Assembly: GCA_943704425.1 (NCBI GenBank)
Contig: CALSCP010000382.1
Span: 4,141 to 68,140, forward strand
Length of the DNA stretch: 64,000 nt
Direction: 5' to 3'
From: Ministeria vibrans ATCC 50519
Lineage: Eukaryota; Protista; Filasterea
Shown piece after piece: positions 38,683 to 51,386 of the stretch. A program made the position numbers and the translations under genes. The notes below the pieces were generated by a model, which was given only the letters and a program-made list of their open reading frames with translations, made no database searches and was not told where the DNA came from. Within the stretch, counting starts at the first letter, position 1. Every line of letters begins with the position of its first letter.

Positions 38683-39705
38683 TTAGGCACTTCCGAGGAC
38701 ATGTCCCTTTCCAGGAAAGGCAGATGGGGCAGTGGGGGGTACGGGAGCAGAGGGGGGCGAGGTGTTGGGAGTAGAAGAGGGCGGAGTGGAGGAGAAGAGG
38801 TCGCGAAGACGGGCGAGGAGAGAGGTGGCAAGGGAGGAGAGGGAGGCCACCTGAGAGGATGTCGATGATGGCGGAAGGGGCGGAACGTACTGCGCGGCGG
38901 ACGCGTGCGTGACAAAGGACGGGAGCGACGTGATGGGCCCGAGTATCGCAAGGTTTTCGATGCGCGTGATGAGCCAAGCTGGACACACCAGTGTGGTGAG
39001 TGACGGGAATAGACCAACTACAATCATAGAGGCGCATTAAACTTGAATAAGACGTGATAGAATGTCTTCTTACACACGACTCCTGTGATGAGACCAGCCA
39101 GATGGCCAAGGAAAGAGATGTTGGGGAGGAAGAGTTGGAACATGACGAGAAGCAGGAGCGGATAGACCTTGGTGGGCACATCAAAGACGCCAAAGACGGA
39201 GGAGACAGCGGGGGCATTGGGAGCAACGCACGCCTCTGCGATCACCGTGAAGAGAACGCCGCTGAAGCCAATGCTGCATGTCGAAAGAGACGCGGGAAAG
39301 CCGACCCGGCCGAGGGCGTACGCAACAGCGAGCTGGACAATGGCGTTGCAGACGACAAAGACGGCGACGAGCAGGAGCAGCGCGACAGAGCCGCTTCGTC
39401 GCTCGTACGGGCCGCCCCGGTGAATCCACGTCGCCATGTTGAAGTACAGGTGAAGAATGCCGCCGTGCACAAAGGCATGGGTGACCAGGCGGTACGCTAC
39501 GAGTCCAATCGTTGAGAGGAGGAGGGCGAGAGTGGGGTGATGATCAATGAGTACGCTGTCGCCAGAAGGTTGAGCAGGACAAACATGTCGCGCGCCAAAG
39601 CGTATAGTCCACCAAGCTGTACAGATAGATGAGGATACAGAGGGCCACAATGGCCGCTGTAGTGACCGGGACTCTTCGGCAGAACGCAAGCACCTGTCCC
39701 AGCAT
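38683..39705 (-). CDS. Active rhomboid protease (RHBDL4/RBL-type) with a C-terminal SHP box (3 exons)
   Basis: YRL, HxxxxHxxxN, catalytic GFSG and GHLAG; tail FPGKGHVLG. Confidence 0.88.
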
Positions 39706-39917
39706 GCAAAGTGAACTTCAATCAAAACAATTGAATTGTTTGGAAAGGAATTCATTGTCTGGAAGTGTCGAAGTGAAAAGTCTATGGGCAAAGCATTGTG
39801 CTGCTCTTGCCTCTTTCATCTTTGTTTTGTAATAGTCTTGTTTTGACATTGAGTACAGCTATCGATTCTGAGGCGGATTCTCTCATTTTTCTTAATTTCA
39901 TGTGCATTACAATAGAG

Positions 39918-42011
39918 TTACAAATCTTGACGAAGTATGGACAAGGTGGCGGGATCGAGTGTACCGTGGCGACGGATCGCGCGGAGGGCAGCACGGCGGA
40001 CAAGTCCCGCGAGGGTGCTTCCGGTGGCGCCTTGAGGCGCCTTGGAGGCAATGAGGCGCGGCGTGACGTCGTGGTGGAGCGGCAAGCGACGCGTGAGCAC
40101 CTGCGCAATGTCGACGAGGTCGAGTGGAGGAGGCGCCCCAATAAGGATGTGCTGCTCGAGACGGCCCGGTCGCAGAATGGCACTATCTAGCTGATCGGGT
40201 GGGCGATTGGTGCACGCGAGCACAAAGACCCCGGTACTGCGCTGGACACCGTCCATTTCGTTGAGGAGTTGACTGAGCGCACGCTGTTCGACCGAGGTCG
40301 CCTCGCCACTGTCGCAGAGGGCGCGCGACCCACATAGCACGTCAATCTCGTCAATGAAGACGATACAGGGGGCAACGGCCCGTGCAGCCGCAAACAAACG
40401 GCGAACACACGCCTCGGTGTCGCCAACATAGCGCGAGAAGAGCGACGGGGCAGCGACGGGCAAAAAAGCAGCGCCGCTCTCGGCTGCCGCCGCGTGAGCC
40501 ATGAGCGTCTTGCCGCAGCCCGATGGCCCGTGCAGCAGGACCCCCGACGGAGGACGCACGCCGAGACGGCTGTACGCATCGGGTCGCTGCACAGGCCACA
40601 CGACCAGACGACGCAGTGTCTGCTGGACACTTGCATAGCCCCCGACATCGCTCCAGCTGTGACGCGGCCGCTCAAAGTCAAATTCAACCAGCTGTGACGG
40701 AAGCACTCGTCTGAGCGCCGACTCAACGTAGCACGGGGCGAGCACAGCTTCATTGTCGAGAAGCGCATCGAGGCGGGCACAACGCACAAGGCGGACCAAG
40801 TCGGACGCGACAAAGCCTGATGTGCGCGTGGCAGTCCACGAGACAAGTGACGACAACGACGAACACGGTGGTGCTGATGCGTCCGTCTGCACTCCCTCGG
40901 TATCCTCAGCGGTGGCGCGTTGAAATAGAGCTGAAAGCATCGTCGCTCGCTGCTGTGTCGAAGGGGCATGCACGGTGACGGTGGCGTCCAGCGCACCACG
41001 CGCACGCAGCGTGCGCGGCAGACGCACAAGCGCATCACCGTCGCAGCTGGCAATGAGGCACCAGCGACGCTGGAGCTGCTCGAGCGCTTGTGAAAGCAAC
41101 TTGAATGCGTCGGGGGACGACTCGACGAGGCGCTCAATGTGGTGTACGAGTAGCAGTGACACGAGCTGTTGGTCGGCGGCGCGACTCACCCGTTTGAGGC
41201 ACTGTTGCATGCTGTCGACCGAGCAGGGACCCGCCTTGAGCGTTGTCACCGATACATCCGTGTCATTGTTGCGAGACCGTGCCGCAAGGACATGCTCAAT
41301 GACTGAGGATTTGCCGGCACCCGGTGGACCAGTCACAAGGATGCCACCTATCGTGAGAGACTGGAACGAATGCTTCTCGCCCGCATCGTCCTGCTGCATT
41401 GATTGTTGTTGTCGCAGGGCAATGGCCGACTCGAGCATCCCTTGAAACTCTTCACACGGCCCCTCCAATCCGGCGCGTAATACAGGCGGCGTGGCGGCCG
41501 ACAGCGACAGCGACGCAAACGACCGCGCCAAGCGTGCGTCGTCGCGCTCCGCCCGCGGCTCCACGTCGAATCGGGTGTCTTCGTTTGCAAAGGCAATGCG
41601 TACCGCAGGCCCGTCGGGGTCGCTTTGAATAGATACTACTTCGATAGGAGGGTGCGGCGGGCGCAAGATGGTGTGTCCTTGAACAAGGTGCTTGGACGCG
41701 AGAAACCGGCGCGTTGCGTCGTCGACGGGCGCCCGTACGACCACCGACGTCGCTGTGGGCACGGTCGCGGGGTCCATGTCAAGCACGTCCACGTCCACCG
41801 TGCGGCTCGGCACGGCCCCAAGCAGCGACGGGTGGCACAGGGCGTCGGTGCTCGCCAGCAGTGCACCGCGCCATCGCGGCCACAGAACAAACCGCTGGGC
41901 AACGCAGCAGACATAGTCGCGCTCGCCGTCATCTGGCTCGCCTCCAATGCACAACCTCCATGGTTCGGTTTCAGTTGAGGGGTCCGCAAAGAGCGAAAGT
42001 TTTAAATTCAT
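39918..42011 (-). CDS. CDC48-family double AAA ATPase (SPATA5L1/AFG2B-like), intronless
   Basis: D1 GPPGAGKS with degenerate Walker B (LVHHIE); D2 GPSGCGKT, FIDEID, LLNEMDG, DSAILRPGR. Confidence 0.85.
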   Translation of the reverse strand: MNLKLSLFADPSTETEPWRLCIGGEPDDGERDYVCCVAQRFVLWPRWRGALLASTDALCHPSLLGAVPSRTVDVDVLDMDPATVPTATSVVVRAPVDDATRRFLASKHLVQGHTILRPPHPPIEVVSIQSDPDGPAVRIAFANEDTRFDVEPRAERDDARLARSFASLSLSAATPPVLRAGLEGPCEEFQGMLESAIALRQQQSMQQDDAGEKHSFQSLTIGGILVTGPPGAGKSSVIEHVLAARSRNNDTDVSVTTLKAGPCSVDSMQQCLKRVSRAADQQLVSLLLVHHIERLVESSPDAFKLLSQALEQLQRRWCLIASCDGDALVRLPRTLRARGALDATVTVHAPSTQQRATMLSALFQRATAEDTEGVQTDASAPPCSSLSSLVSWTATRTSGFVASDLVRLVRCARLDALLDNEAVLAPCYVESALRRVLPSQLVEFDFERPRHSWSDVGGYASVQQTLRRLVVWPVQRPDAYSRLGVRPPSGVLLHGPSGCGKTLMAHAAAAESGAAFLPVAAPSLFSRYVGDTEACVRRLFAAARAVAPCIVFIDEIDVLCGSRALCDSGEATSVEQRALSQLLNEMDGVQRSTGVFVLACTNRPPDQLDSAILRPGRLEQHILIGAPPPLDLVDIAQVLTRRLPLHHDVTPRLIASKAPQGATGSTLAGLVRRAALRAIRRHGTLDPATLSILRQDL

Positions 42012-42248
42012 ACGAATAAGATTGATCTTTTCTTTACGTAGGCTTGAACGCCTTTTGCCCTTTTTATTATAACTTAAGATCAATGGGTACTCATTGGGTA
42101 GTCACCATGTGTCGTATAAAAATGAATACTACCTGTGCGGATCTAAAAGAACCGTTCTATCGTACAGTCTCGACAGTCTGTCGTTTTACAGACCGAAACA
42201 GTTTTAAAGTATAATGGAACTAATGGTTAATTTATATCTGTACTTCAT

Positions 42249-42566
42249 TCAGCCGCTCGTAATGGCCTTGACAAACTTCTCGTAGTTGAGGTTCCCCTCT
42301 TTGTCGACTTCGGCCGCTTGCAGCAGCATGTCGACGTCCTCATCGCTGAGACGCTCGCCCAGACTCGTCAGTACATGACGCAGTTCACCGACATTCATAA
42401 AGCCATTGCCGTCCTTGTCAAATACACGCAGTCCCTCAATGAAGTCCTCCAGCTTGCCTTGGTCCGCCGGCGGCGACGACAGAATCGGGATGATCTCCTC
42501 AAACGAGATCCTCTTGTCGCCTACACAGAGAACATGAAGGGAATGAGGGACAGACAGCGAGCCGTC

Positions 42567-42606
<40 letters not shown>

Positions 42607-43292
42607 GACAGACAGACACACACACACACACACACACACACACAGCAACGGCGTGCACGCGTGGGCACACTGCACGCATGCGGGGTGGCGTACCCTTGGG
42701 ACACAGCTCGGCAACCATCTTCTTGACTTCGTTATCGGTGGGATTGAGCCCCAGCGAGCGCAGACATCGCCCCAGGTCGCTCGAGTTGATCTTGCCGTCG
42801 CCCAGCCGATCAAACAGCGCAAATGCCTCCCGGTAGTCTACAGCGAGCAAAGGGCGCCGCAACGCCCCGCAGGTGGTTTAGCGACGATGTTTGAAACGGC
42901 GAAGAAAGGAAAAAAAAAAAAGAAAAAATGAGGAAAATCAAAGGATCTCGTCTGATAGGAGAGTTGGTAGGAGCAGGGCCACGCAGTGAGGCCCAATCAG
43001 GTCCACGGCACACCCCGGGCGTGTGGGAAAGTGGGCGCAATAGGCAAATGGGTTAAAAAGCGGTGACGTAGCAGTCGTCAGAAAGGCAGTTCTGTCGCTG
43101 TGGCGCGAAATGCAAGCGGTGCAGACGCACGCAACGCCGGCCGATACCTTCGATTTTGTCGTCTGAAGCCTACAGCATCGGCAGGGCCAAAAGGACAAGA
43201 GGAACGTCAGTCAAATTGCTTTTTTTGGGGGGTTTCGGGGTTTGAAAAAAAAAACCACAAATAACACGCTAGAACCGCCAGGCACGTACCAT
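42249..43292 (-). CDS. Myosin essential light chain (first exon is the ATG only, 43290-43292)
   Basis: YREAFALFDRLGDGKI, RSLGLNPT, DFIEGLRVFDKDGNG, ELRHVLTSLGERL. Confidence 0.93.
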
Positions 43293-43733
43293 ATTGAGTA
43301 TAAACTGTAAAGTGTGATGAATGAAAGAGAAAAGCGCAAAATAAATTATACTTTTAAGTTTTATTGAGTCTCTAAGATCTTACATGAGTCAAGGCAGATC
43401 TTCGAAAGAGTCTCACCTCTAAAAGTTCGTTCACGTTCGCTTATGACGCATCGCCCATTCCAATCGATGGGTTGAACGGGTTTCTTCAAGTTCGTTTCAG
43501 CGTGATGCCGCGTGTGATCAGACATATCGGCGTTTGGTTCCGACTTTTGTGGTGGACTTTTTTTTTTAATCAAAACTATTAATTTTCAAAAACCAAAAAA
43601 AAAAAAATTAATCAAACTTTTTTTTTGTCGTCGCCACACAGTTCCGGTGTACCGCGACGCCAAGTTGTACGGGAGTGTATAGGGCTTGAGTGGACGTCGA
43701 CGTGCGCCGCTGCTGCTCCCTGTGACGCGCAAT

Positions 43734-46700
43734 ATGAATCCCAGCGATGAGTACATTCGCATGTGTACGACACCCCCTCACCGCCCTTGTCTTGTGCCAT
43801 CCACCCCTGCCATTCAAGCACACCCCATGGATGTTGTTGTTTTTATTATTTCTTCTCTTTTGTGTCTTTCTTATGTCTTTTCCGTTTTTTTTTTTTTCGT
43901 TCCTCTTTTTCCCTCGTTTTTCTGACTCGTTTCTTGTCTTTCTGCGTGTGGTGGCACAGTCGCAAACGCTGGCGCTCGCGACCCCTCAAAGCGGGCGGTG
44001 AAGCCCAAGCTGTCGGTGGAAGAGGCGCGTCTCCTGGACGGGTGCGCGGGCGGGGCGGTGGCGGGCTCGCTGTCGGCGGTGCTGGACGGTGCGCGGACGG
44101 GCGGGGCGACGGCTGCCGGGCTCTCCCTTGCACAGGCGCACCAGCAGGCGCTGCTGCATGGCGCGCCGGCTGTGGAGGTCGCCACCAGCATGGATGTCTT
44201 TGATGATGCCGATGAGGAGTTTGATTGGCGCAAGGAGAGGCGGAAGGTGCGCCGAGAGGATCGGAAGGCACAGCGAAGAAGACGACGACGCGCAGAGAAT
44301 GGAGAGAGCGACATCGACGAAGACGACGCTGGTGAAGATGGTGACGGTGATGAAGAGGACGACGAGGAGGATGGGGATGATGATGATGATATCGAGATCA
44401 GCGATGACGCTGACGAAGACGAGAGTGATTCCGACGAGGACGAGAGCGATGATGAGGACAGTCGTTTGACCACTGCCGCACAGCTGTTGGCCGCCTGTCC
44501 ACCAGTGGATGTACGAGGCAATCCTGGCGAACTTAACGGGAAGGAGGAGGAGGAAGAGGACGAGGAGGATTTTGATTACGATCCGGGACTCGACGAGGAA
44601 TTCAAACGACGGAAGCGAGTCCAACGCCATCGACGACGCAAGCGACGACGCGTCAACGGAAGCGATGCCAACGACAGCGATAGCGACGCCGATGATGACG
44701 ATATTGAGAGTGACTGGGCCTCAGACGATTCCGACAGGTCGTCATCGAGTTCGTCGTCGAGTGCCTCGTCCGGGTCGTCTGGGTCGTCGCGTCCGCCGTC
44801 GCCTGGCTCTGATCCGGCCTTCCTGGCGCGCGCCCCATCGATGCCTGTGCCACCCATGCGCACGTGTAGCGTATGTCTGGGTGCAGACCAGACACACATG
44901 TTGGTGTGTGACTCGTGTGGCATGGCGGCGCACGAGGAGTGCTACGGCATGGTGGACACGGAGACGGAGTCGGAGGACGAGTCGGACGACGACAACAACG
45001 ACGGAGGTCCTTCTGACGACAATGCGGTCGACCACGAGGAAGACATGGTCATGGTGCCGTCGCCAGTGACGACGCGACGACGCAGACGCCACTCGTTGAC
45101 GGGCGGACGGCAGGAACTCCAACAACAATCGCAACAGTTGCAGGCTGTGGAAGAGGAGCAGAAGCGAACGAAGAAGAAGAGCGCTGCAAAGGAGAAGAGG
45201 CCACCCTTCAAGAACGTCCTGTGGATTTGCAATATGTGTCTGTCGCCGCAGGAGGCCAAGTGTGTGCTGTGTCCCGTCGACGGGCGCGTGCCCCTTAAGG
45301 AGACAGACACGGGCGACTTTAGCCACGTCATCTGCTCGCTCTACACCACCACCTTTGGCGACAACATGCGCATGTTGCCTGCCCTCATCACGGCTATGGC
45401 GCCGCGCGTCTTTGGTCTGCACCTTTGTGCCGACTGCCACGACCCGGCCGGTGCCCACTCGGGCGTGTGCATTCGCTGCGAGGCCTTTGGCTGCCGTCGC
45501 TACTACCACGCAACGTGTGCGCAACGTCTCGGTCTGCTCTGTGACGACCTTGCGTCCGCCCACGACGAGATTGTGTACGTGCTGCGCTGTCCCGAGCACA
45601 TCGAGGATGACGCTCGTGAGACTGCTCGGCAAATGTACAACCGCATGCGTCGAGAGCAGATTGTCGTTCAGGCACACCTGCCGCCCGTCGACCTCGCTGC
45701 CCAGCGCAAAATTCACCAGCAGTTTCTCGACCGCAATCCCGATTTGCGCGATCTCCGTGTGCCGCGAGGCGTCGTCCCAGGACTGCCCCCACCACCACCC
45801 GAGCCCGCCTACGAGCGTCTTACTACGCGCGCCCGTCGCTCCGTTTCGTCAACGACTGTGGCGCGGCCGCGAAAACAGCAGCAGACAAAAGCAGTGGAGC
45901 AACAAGAGAAAACGAGGGAGTCGCAAAAAGACGAGGATGAGGAGGAACAGGCTGTGGGCGCACAAGAGGCCAGCATAACGACAACGGCCGAGTCGACGCG
46001 CATTTTGCAATTACGCTCACCTGCAGGTGGACCGGCACACGACACAGTCCGTCGACGCGTTTCGTCCACACGCGGCACGACGGCCGCGCCCCCGTCGCCT
46101 GCTCTTGTCAATGGAGGCTCTACCTCATCCCGCACTCTTCGCAGTGGACGCATCTTGACCGGTGGCCACAGCACAGCCAAGAGCGTCGCAACGCCCGTCG
46201 GCAATCCCAGCCTGACTGCCAATTTTGTCGAGCAGTATCATGCACGCGAGTCGCATCTCGATCACCTGCTTCCCGAGCAACTGTCGCTCGTGATGAGACG
46301 TGTTGACGAACTGCACGCACGCAAGCGTCAATTGACAGTGCTGTTGGAACGGACCACTCAACGGCAGCTCATTACCAGCAGTGGACTTGTGCGTGTGTGT
46401 CAGAGTGGTACGGCACTCGTGGCGGCCGCGAATGCCGTGCTCGAGGCTGGCAATCTGTGCGCGCACCGCATCCCACTCGAGATGTTTGAACTGCCGCGCG
46501 ACGGGCGGTCGCGACCTACTGTGGCCCTGAGCGACATGCGTGCCCGTTTTGAGGCAATGGTGTCGTCTATGAGTGAGGCGGCGGCAGCAGCAGCGGCAGC
46601 AGCAACAGCGCGACACAGACTGTATCGCCATGTGGTGGACGGCAATGGGGAGGGGGACGACGGCGACGACGGCGACGACGACGACGATGATGATGCCGAC

Positions 46701-47936
46701 GACGATGATGACGACGATGACGACGATGACGATGACGACGATGGCGACGACGACGACGACAACGACGACAACGACGAGCTGGACGGCGACGACGAGCGCA
46801 CGAGGGTCGCACGTGGTGGCAAGGGACGCGGCGCATCGCACTCGACGCAGCAGCAACAGCAGCAGCGTCGTGGGTCGTCGTCGTCGTGGCGTGACAAGAC
46901 TGCGGGAGTGAGCAGTGCACTGGAGCGCACCTGTTCCATTTGCAGTGAGCGTCGCTGGCAACATTTGTTGGTCAAGTGTTCGCGCTGTTCGCGTCACTAC
47001 CACATTGGGTGTCTGGAGCCACCACTGGACCGGAGTAAACCAGGGTCGTCATGGGAGTGTCCCAAGTGCCACGACACGTCGAGCGACGACGACGTGCCCT
47101 CGGCCGTGCTCGGCTCGCCGTCTCTCGCTGTGCGACGTCCAAAGCGTTTTGTACAGGAGTCGTGGCGCGACACTGTGCTTCCCGTTGGCTCGCGCACACG
47201 CCGACAACGCACCGATGAACAACAGAAGCAGCAGCAGCAGCAGCAGCAACAACAACAACAACAGAACAAGCGGAAGCGAGGCAAGGTGGGCCGGCCGCCC
47301 AAGGAGAAGAAAACGACAAGTAACGGTGCAAGCACCGTCGACGGTGAAGGTGGTGGTATGGGACGCAGTGCAATTGGAATGGGGCCTTTGCGCAGCACTA
47401 ACATGGCGCAGGCGCGTCTTCAGGGCGCGTCGTCGGCGCTCAAGCCGTCGGTGTATATGCTGGACCTGGATTCGGGTGAGGAGGCCAACCTGGACAAGGG
47501 AGTGGTGGCGGAGCGCGAGCACTGGCGAGTCATGGCCAATGGCGAGCCGCTACCGACGACGCTGCGTTCGGCAGTCAATGCCACGCTTGCTACGACCTCG
47601 TCAGCGCGCGACGCTGCACTTGCGGCAGTGCAGGAGTCGCTGAGTCAAGTGGCGGAGATGGTGCGCCAGGCGACGGGGCTCGATGGGAGCCGTGGAGGAG
47701 GAGGGGACAACGAGTCGACGGGTGGTGTACGTCGTCGCAAGGTGTACAGCAGCAAGGTGATTGGTGAGTCGTGCGGCACGTGCAGCCGCACAACGTCGTG
47801 GAAGGAGCCTGGGGTTAGTTGCGACAAGTGCAACCGATGCTTTCACTGGGGCTGTCTGCAGCGACCCGCCAAGAAGAACCCCAAGCCGCGTGGCTTTGAG
47901 TGGTATTGTCTTGACTGTGGGATCATAGACCAATGA
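43734..47936 (+). CDS. PHF14: PHF14-like chromatin protein: PHD/Zn-knuckle/ePHD, coiled coil, two further PHDs, AT-hook-like motif
   Basis: RDPSKRAVKP N-terminal motif, acidic tract, HATCAQRLGLL, YHIGCLEPPL, FHWGCL..WYCLDC, KVGRPPK. Confidence 0.8.
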
Positions 47937-48168
47937 GAAAGGAGAGAAGGGAGCAGAGCGAAAAAGTAGAGTGTATTTTTTGAAGAAAAACAACCTGAAA
48001 CCCAGTATTCACCACTATTCACTATTCACTACCCACTATTTACACTGAGCACTAATAACTATTATAATTAATAATAATAATAATTATTATTATTGTTGTC
48101 GCGTTTTTGTTTGTGATATAATAATTAATTCTTATTGGTCGTCAATCGTCAATTATTTTTTATTATTT

Positions 48169-49201
48169 ATGCACAGATTGGTGTTTGTGGTCTGCGTTGT
48201 ATTGGTGATCGTCGAGGGCGGCTGGAGTGCTCCATGTGACTTTGAGCAATCACTTCATGTTGACCAACTTCGCCAAGAGGTATTTTGCTCTTTGTCATTG
48301 TCACGTTTCATGGCATCTCTTTATTAGATCTTTGGCGAGCAGTTTGCGGACCAGTGCCCCTTACTGCGCACCACAACGCGGTTTTCGTCGTTGATTAAGC
48401 TTGCGAAGCGACAAGAGGAGCGGTAACTGCAATTTGTCTCGCGCAGTCATTGTGTGATTCGCGTCGCCTTACACACGCGTTTCTGCTTTAGAGAGGCATG
48501 TAGGGCATGTGGCAAGATGTTTCGAACAAAGCATTTTCTTCTGAAGCACTTGGTGAATCGTCACAGCGATCGACTGAATGAGGTGCGATTTTCAAGAACA
48601 ACCTCCAACTTGTTTTGACTTGTCTCAGGAGAGTGTCTGCTTGGCCGACTTCTGTGACGTATTCCAGTGCACCCCCGCACCCCCTACCGAGAGCTGCGAT
48701 GCTGAAGCGATGGCTCGAGCACGACTCAAGTGTAATGTACGCAACCACACTCAAACAGCCTTTGCACCATTCTCACGTTTGCTTTTGTCACAGAGACTGT
48801 TACACGAGTGCTTTCCCGCGACCGACGACGAAGATTCCATTTTTTGTACGTCGTATCATAACTACACCATTCATTGTGATATTAATACTCATCTAGTTGG
48901 CTATTCGTCACGTCTGTGCCGTCGTCTGAGCTGCGACCCGCCCCGCTCCGACGCGACACCCGTCGTCTCTCGCCTCCGCACTGTCCTCTCTGTCTGCGCC
49001 CTTTTTGCTCTCTTTGCCACCCTCCCGCTTCTCTTTCGCCGCTTGCGTGGCTACCTTGCCGCCCGCCACAACCGCCCGCCTGCCCGCCGTCGCTTCGTCA
49101 CTCGCTCTCACCCCCCTCCCTCTCCGTCTCCCTCTTTCTCTTCGTCTCTTCGCCTCCGCCATCCCTCCCCGCATCCCGTTGATCCCATTTCTTCCTTTTA
49201 A
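48169..49201 (+). CDS. Uncharacterised type I membrane protein with a lumenal C2H2-like, Cys-rich domain (6 exons)
   Basis: Spliced product: signal peptide, CRACGKMFRTKHFLLKHLVNRH, CLADFCDVFQC, ECFP, LCRRLSC, then a TM helix. Confidence 0.7.
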
Positions 49202-49351
49202 TATTGACTTCTCCCGAAATGTATAGTGTATTTCAAAAAAAACATAATATTGAACTAACTGTATTGAAACAAAGAGCAAAAGAAATATTTTAATAATAGT
49301 TATTGTAATAATAATTGTTAAAATGTTAATGATGCGCAAAACCAAACACAC

Positions 49352-51096
49352 TTAGAGAATGTGTTTTTCCTTCAGCTCACCCTCAGAGGGACGTTCTCTA
49401 CAGAACGAGAAAGAAAGCCAGCAAGTGAGTGAGTGCGGAGGGGTGAATGAAGGAATATGTGTGACAGTGTGGAACATTGTATATCAATGGGTAAAGAGAA
49501 AGTGCTTACTCAAGTTTGTGGTTGAGTTTGTCAGCAATCATCTGATGTTCCAGGTGCTCGGCTGTGGCGGCATTCGGACCCTTCAGGATGTTTTGCTGCT
49601 TGAGCTCCTCGGCGGTCGGGCGGTGTTCCAGACCATGCTGCACCGCAGCCTTGGTCAGCTCGGTCTTCAGCACATCCTCACGCGCCGCAAGAGGACCTTC
49701 TCCGTGCATAATGTTCTTCTGCTTAAGGTCTTCTTTGGAGGGTCGCGATCTAAAGAGAAAATGAATCTATCGTGAGAAACAAAAATCAAATTTCTCACAC
49801 TACACTTACTCAAGCTTGTGGTGTAGCTTATCAGCAATCATCTGATGTTCCAGGTGCTCGGCTGTGGCGGCATTCGGACCCTTCAGGATGTTTTGCTGCT
49901 TGAGCTCCTCGGCGGTCGGGCGGTGCTCCAGACCATGTTGCACCGCAGCCTTGGTCAGCTCGGTCTTCAGCACATCCTCACGCGCCGCAAGAGGACCTTC
50001 TCCGTGCAGGATGTTCTTCTGCTTAAGGTCTTCCTTCGAGGGTCGCTGTCTGCAAAACACAAGCCTCACTCAGCAAACAAAAAGAAACAAAGTGATAGAG
50101 AGAGAGAGAGACAACAACAGCCCAACACGAACAGAGACAAATACACGCAACGAACATAAAGAAAACCTACTCAAGCTTGTGATGAAGCTTATCAGCGACC
50201 ATTTGGTGCTCGAGATGCTCGGCCACAGCAGCATTGGGCCCCTTGAGGATGTTCTACAAACAAACAGCGACAAGTCAATAAACCAATAAACGTTTTGGGT
50301 TTGATTGACTGTTTTCGGTGTGATACCTGTTGCTTGAGCTCTTCGGGTGTGTGGCGGTGCTCGAGGCCATGCTGGACGGCCGCCTACAGTGAGGGAGTGC
50401 GGTGAGAAGGACGAAGCAAGACAACGCAAGAAGAGCCGTAGAGAACGCACCTTTGTGAGCTCTGTCTTCAGGACATCCTCGCGGGCCGCAAGAGGGCCGT
50501 CTCCGTGCAGAATGTTCTTGTCTTTCAGCTCCTCCTGCGAAAAAACCAAATTTGCCGGTAAGATTTTTTGTTCTCTTGTTTTTTTTTTTCATCGTGGCAA
50601 AAGCGAGAGAGAGAGCGCAGAGGTGCGAATGGGACATCGCCCGTCGACCAACCACACATGTGTGCCGTGCGATACAGCCGAGGCGGCGCACCCACACACT
50701 CAGCATATCGTCAGAGCAAAGCGCGAAGTTTTTTCGACAAAGTTTGCGCAAACATCTGAAAACGACACTAAGCTTCTCCGCGAACTGCGTATCGCAATAT
50801 AAGGCAGATATATGGACATCATCGAAAGAACGCAGTCGATCCTGACCGCACACTCTTTTTTAAGGCGTTTTTTTTTTTTTTTTTTTTTTTTTTGCGCAAT
50901 GTGTGACGTTTGTGGAAATACAGAACATGCTCGAGGGAAAGGATAGGTGAGATGATGATAGGAGGCATAAGGGAGAGTTTTAGGGTGAAGCGGGCCAGGA
51001 ATCGCGTGTAATACGGCGGGATGACTTGGAAAGAAGAAGGGGCTCGTGTACCTTGGAGGGACGCTCGGCAAGCTTGGCAGCAAGTTGATCAGACAT
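49352..51096 (-). CDS. RPEL-repeat-only protein, G-actin-binding type (7 RPEL motifs, 7 exons)
   Basis: Repeated KLxxRPSxEELKxKNIL; starts MSDQLAAKLAERPSK and ends ERPSEGELKEKHIL*. Confidence 0.9.
49506..50050. repeat. Tandem duplication of a ~240-bp RPEL exon (300-bp period)
   Basis: 49506-49750 and 49806-50050 are nearly identical, including the donor site; the introns have diverged. Confidence 0.95.
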
Positions 51097-51386
51097 GTGT
51101 TAGTGTATGTGAAGGGGTGGAAAGTTGTTCAAGTGGAAAACGAGAAAAAATGTGAAATTGACATCCAACTCGTGAACTTGGAATTACCTCTTTCTTTCGC
51201 AAGCGACGCACACGTCGAAAACCGAAACAAGAGATGTCAAATGGGTGAAGTGAGAGGGGAGACAGTTAGGTGACAGGCGTGGGAGTCATCGGCTTAGGAA
51301 TGGCGATGACTTGGTCGAAGGAACGCACTTGGAACGCTCAACCCTTCACATTCAGACGGCCAAATCATAAAAAGGAATTGATTGAT

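Noticed and set aside
50520-51050. Unusually long RPEL first intron as a possible snoRNA host
   Set aside because: No canonical C box with terminal stem identified by eye
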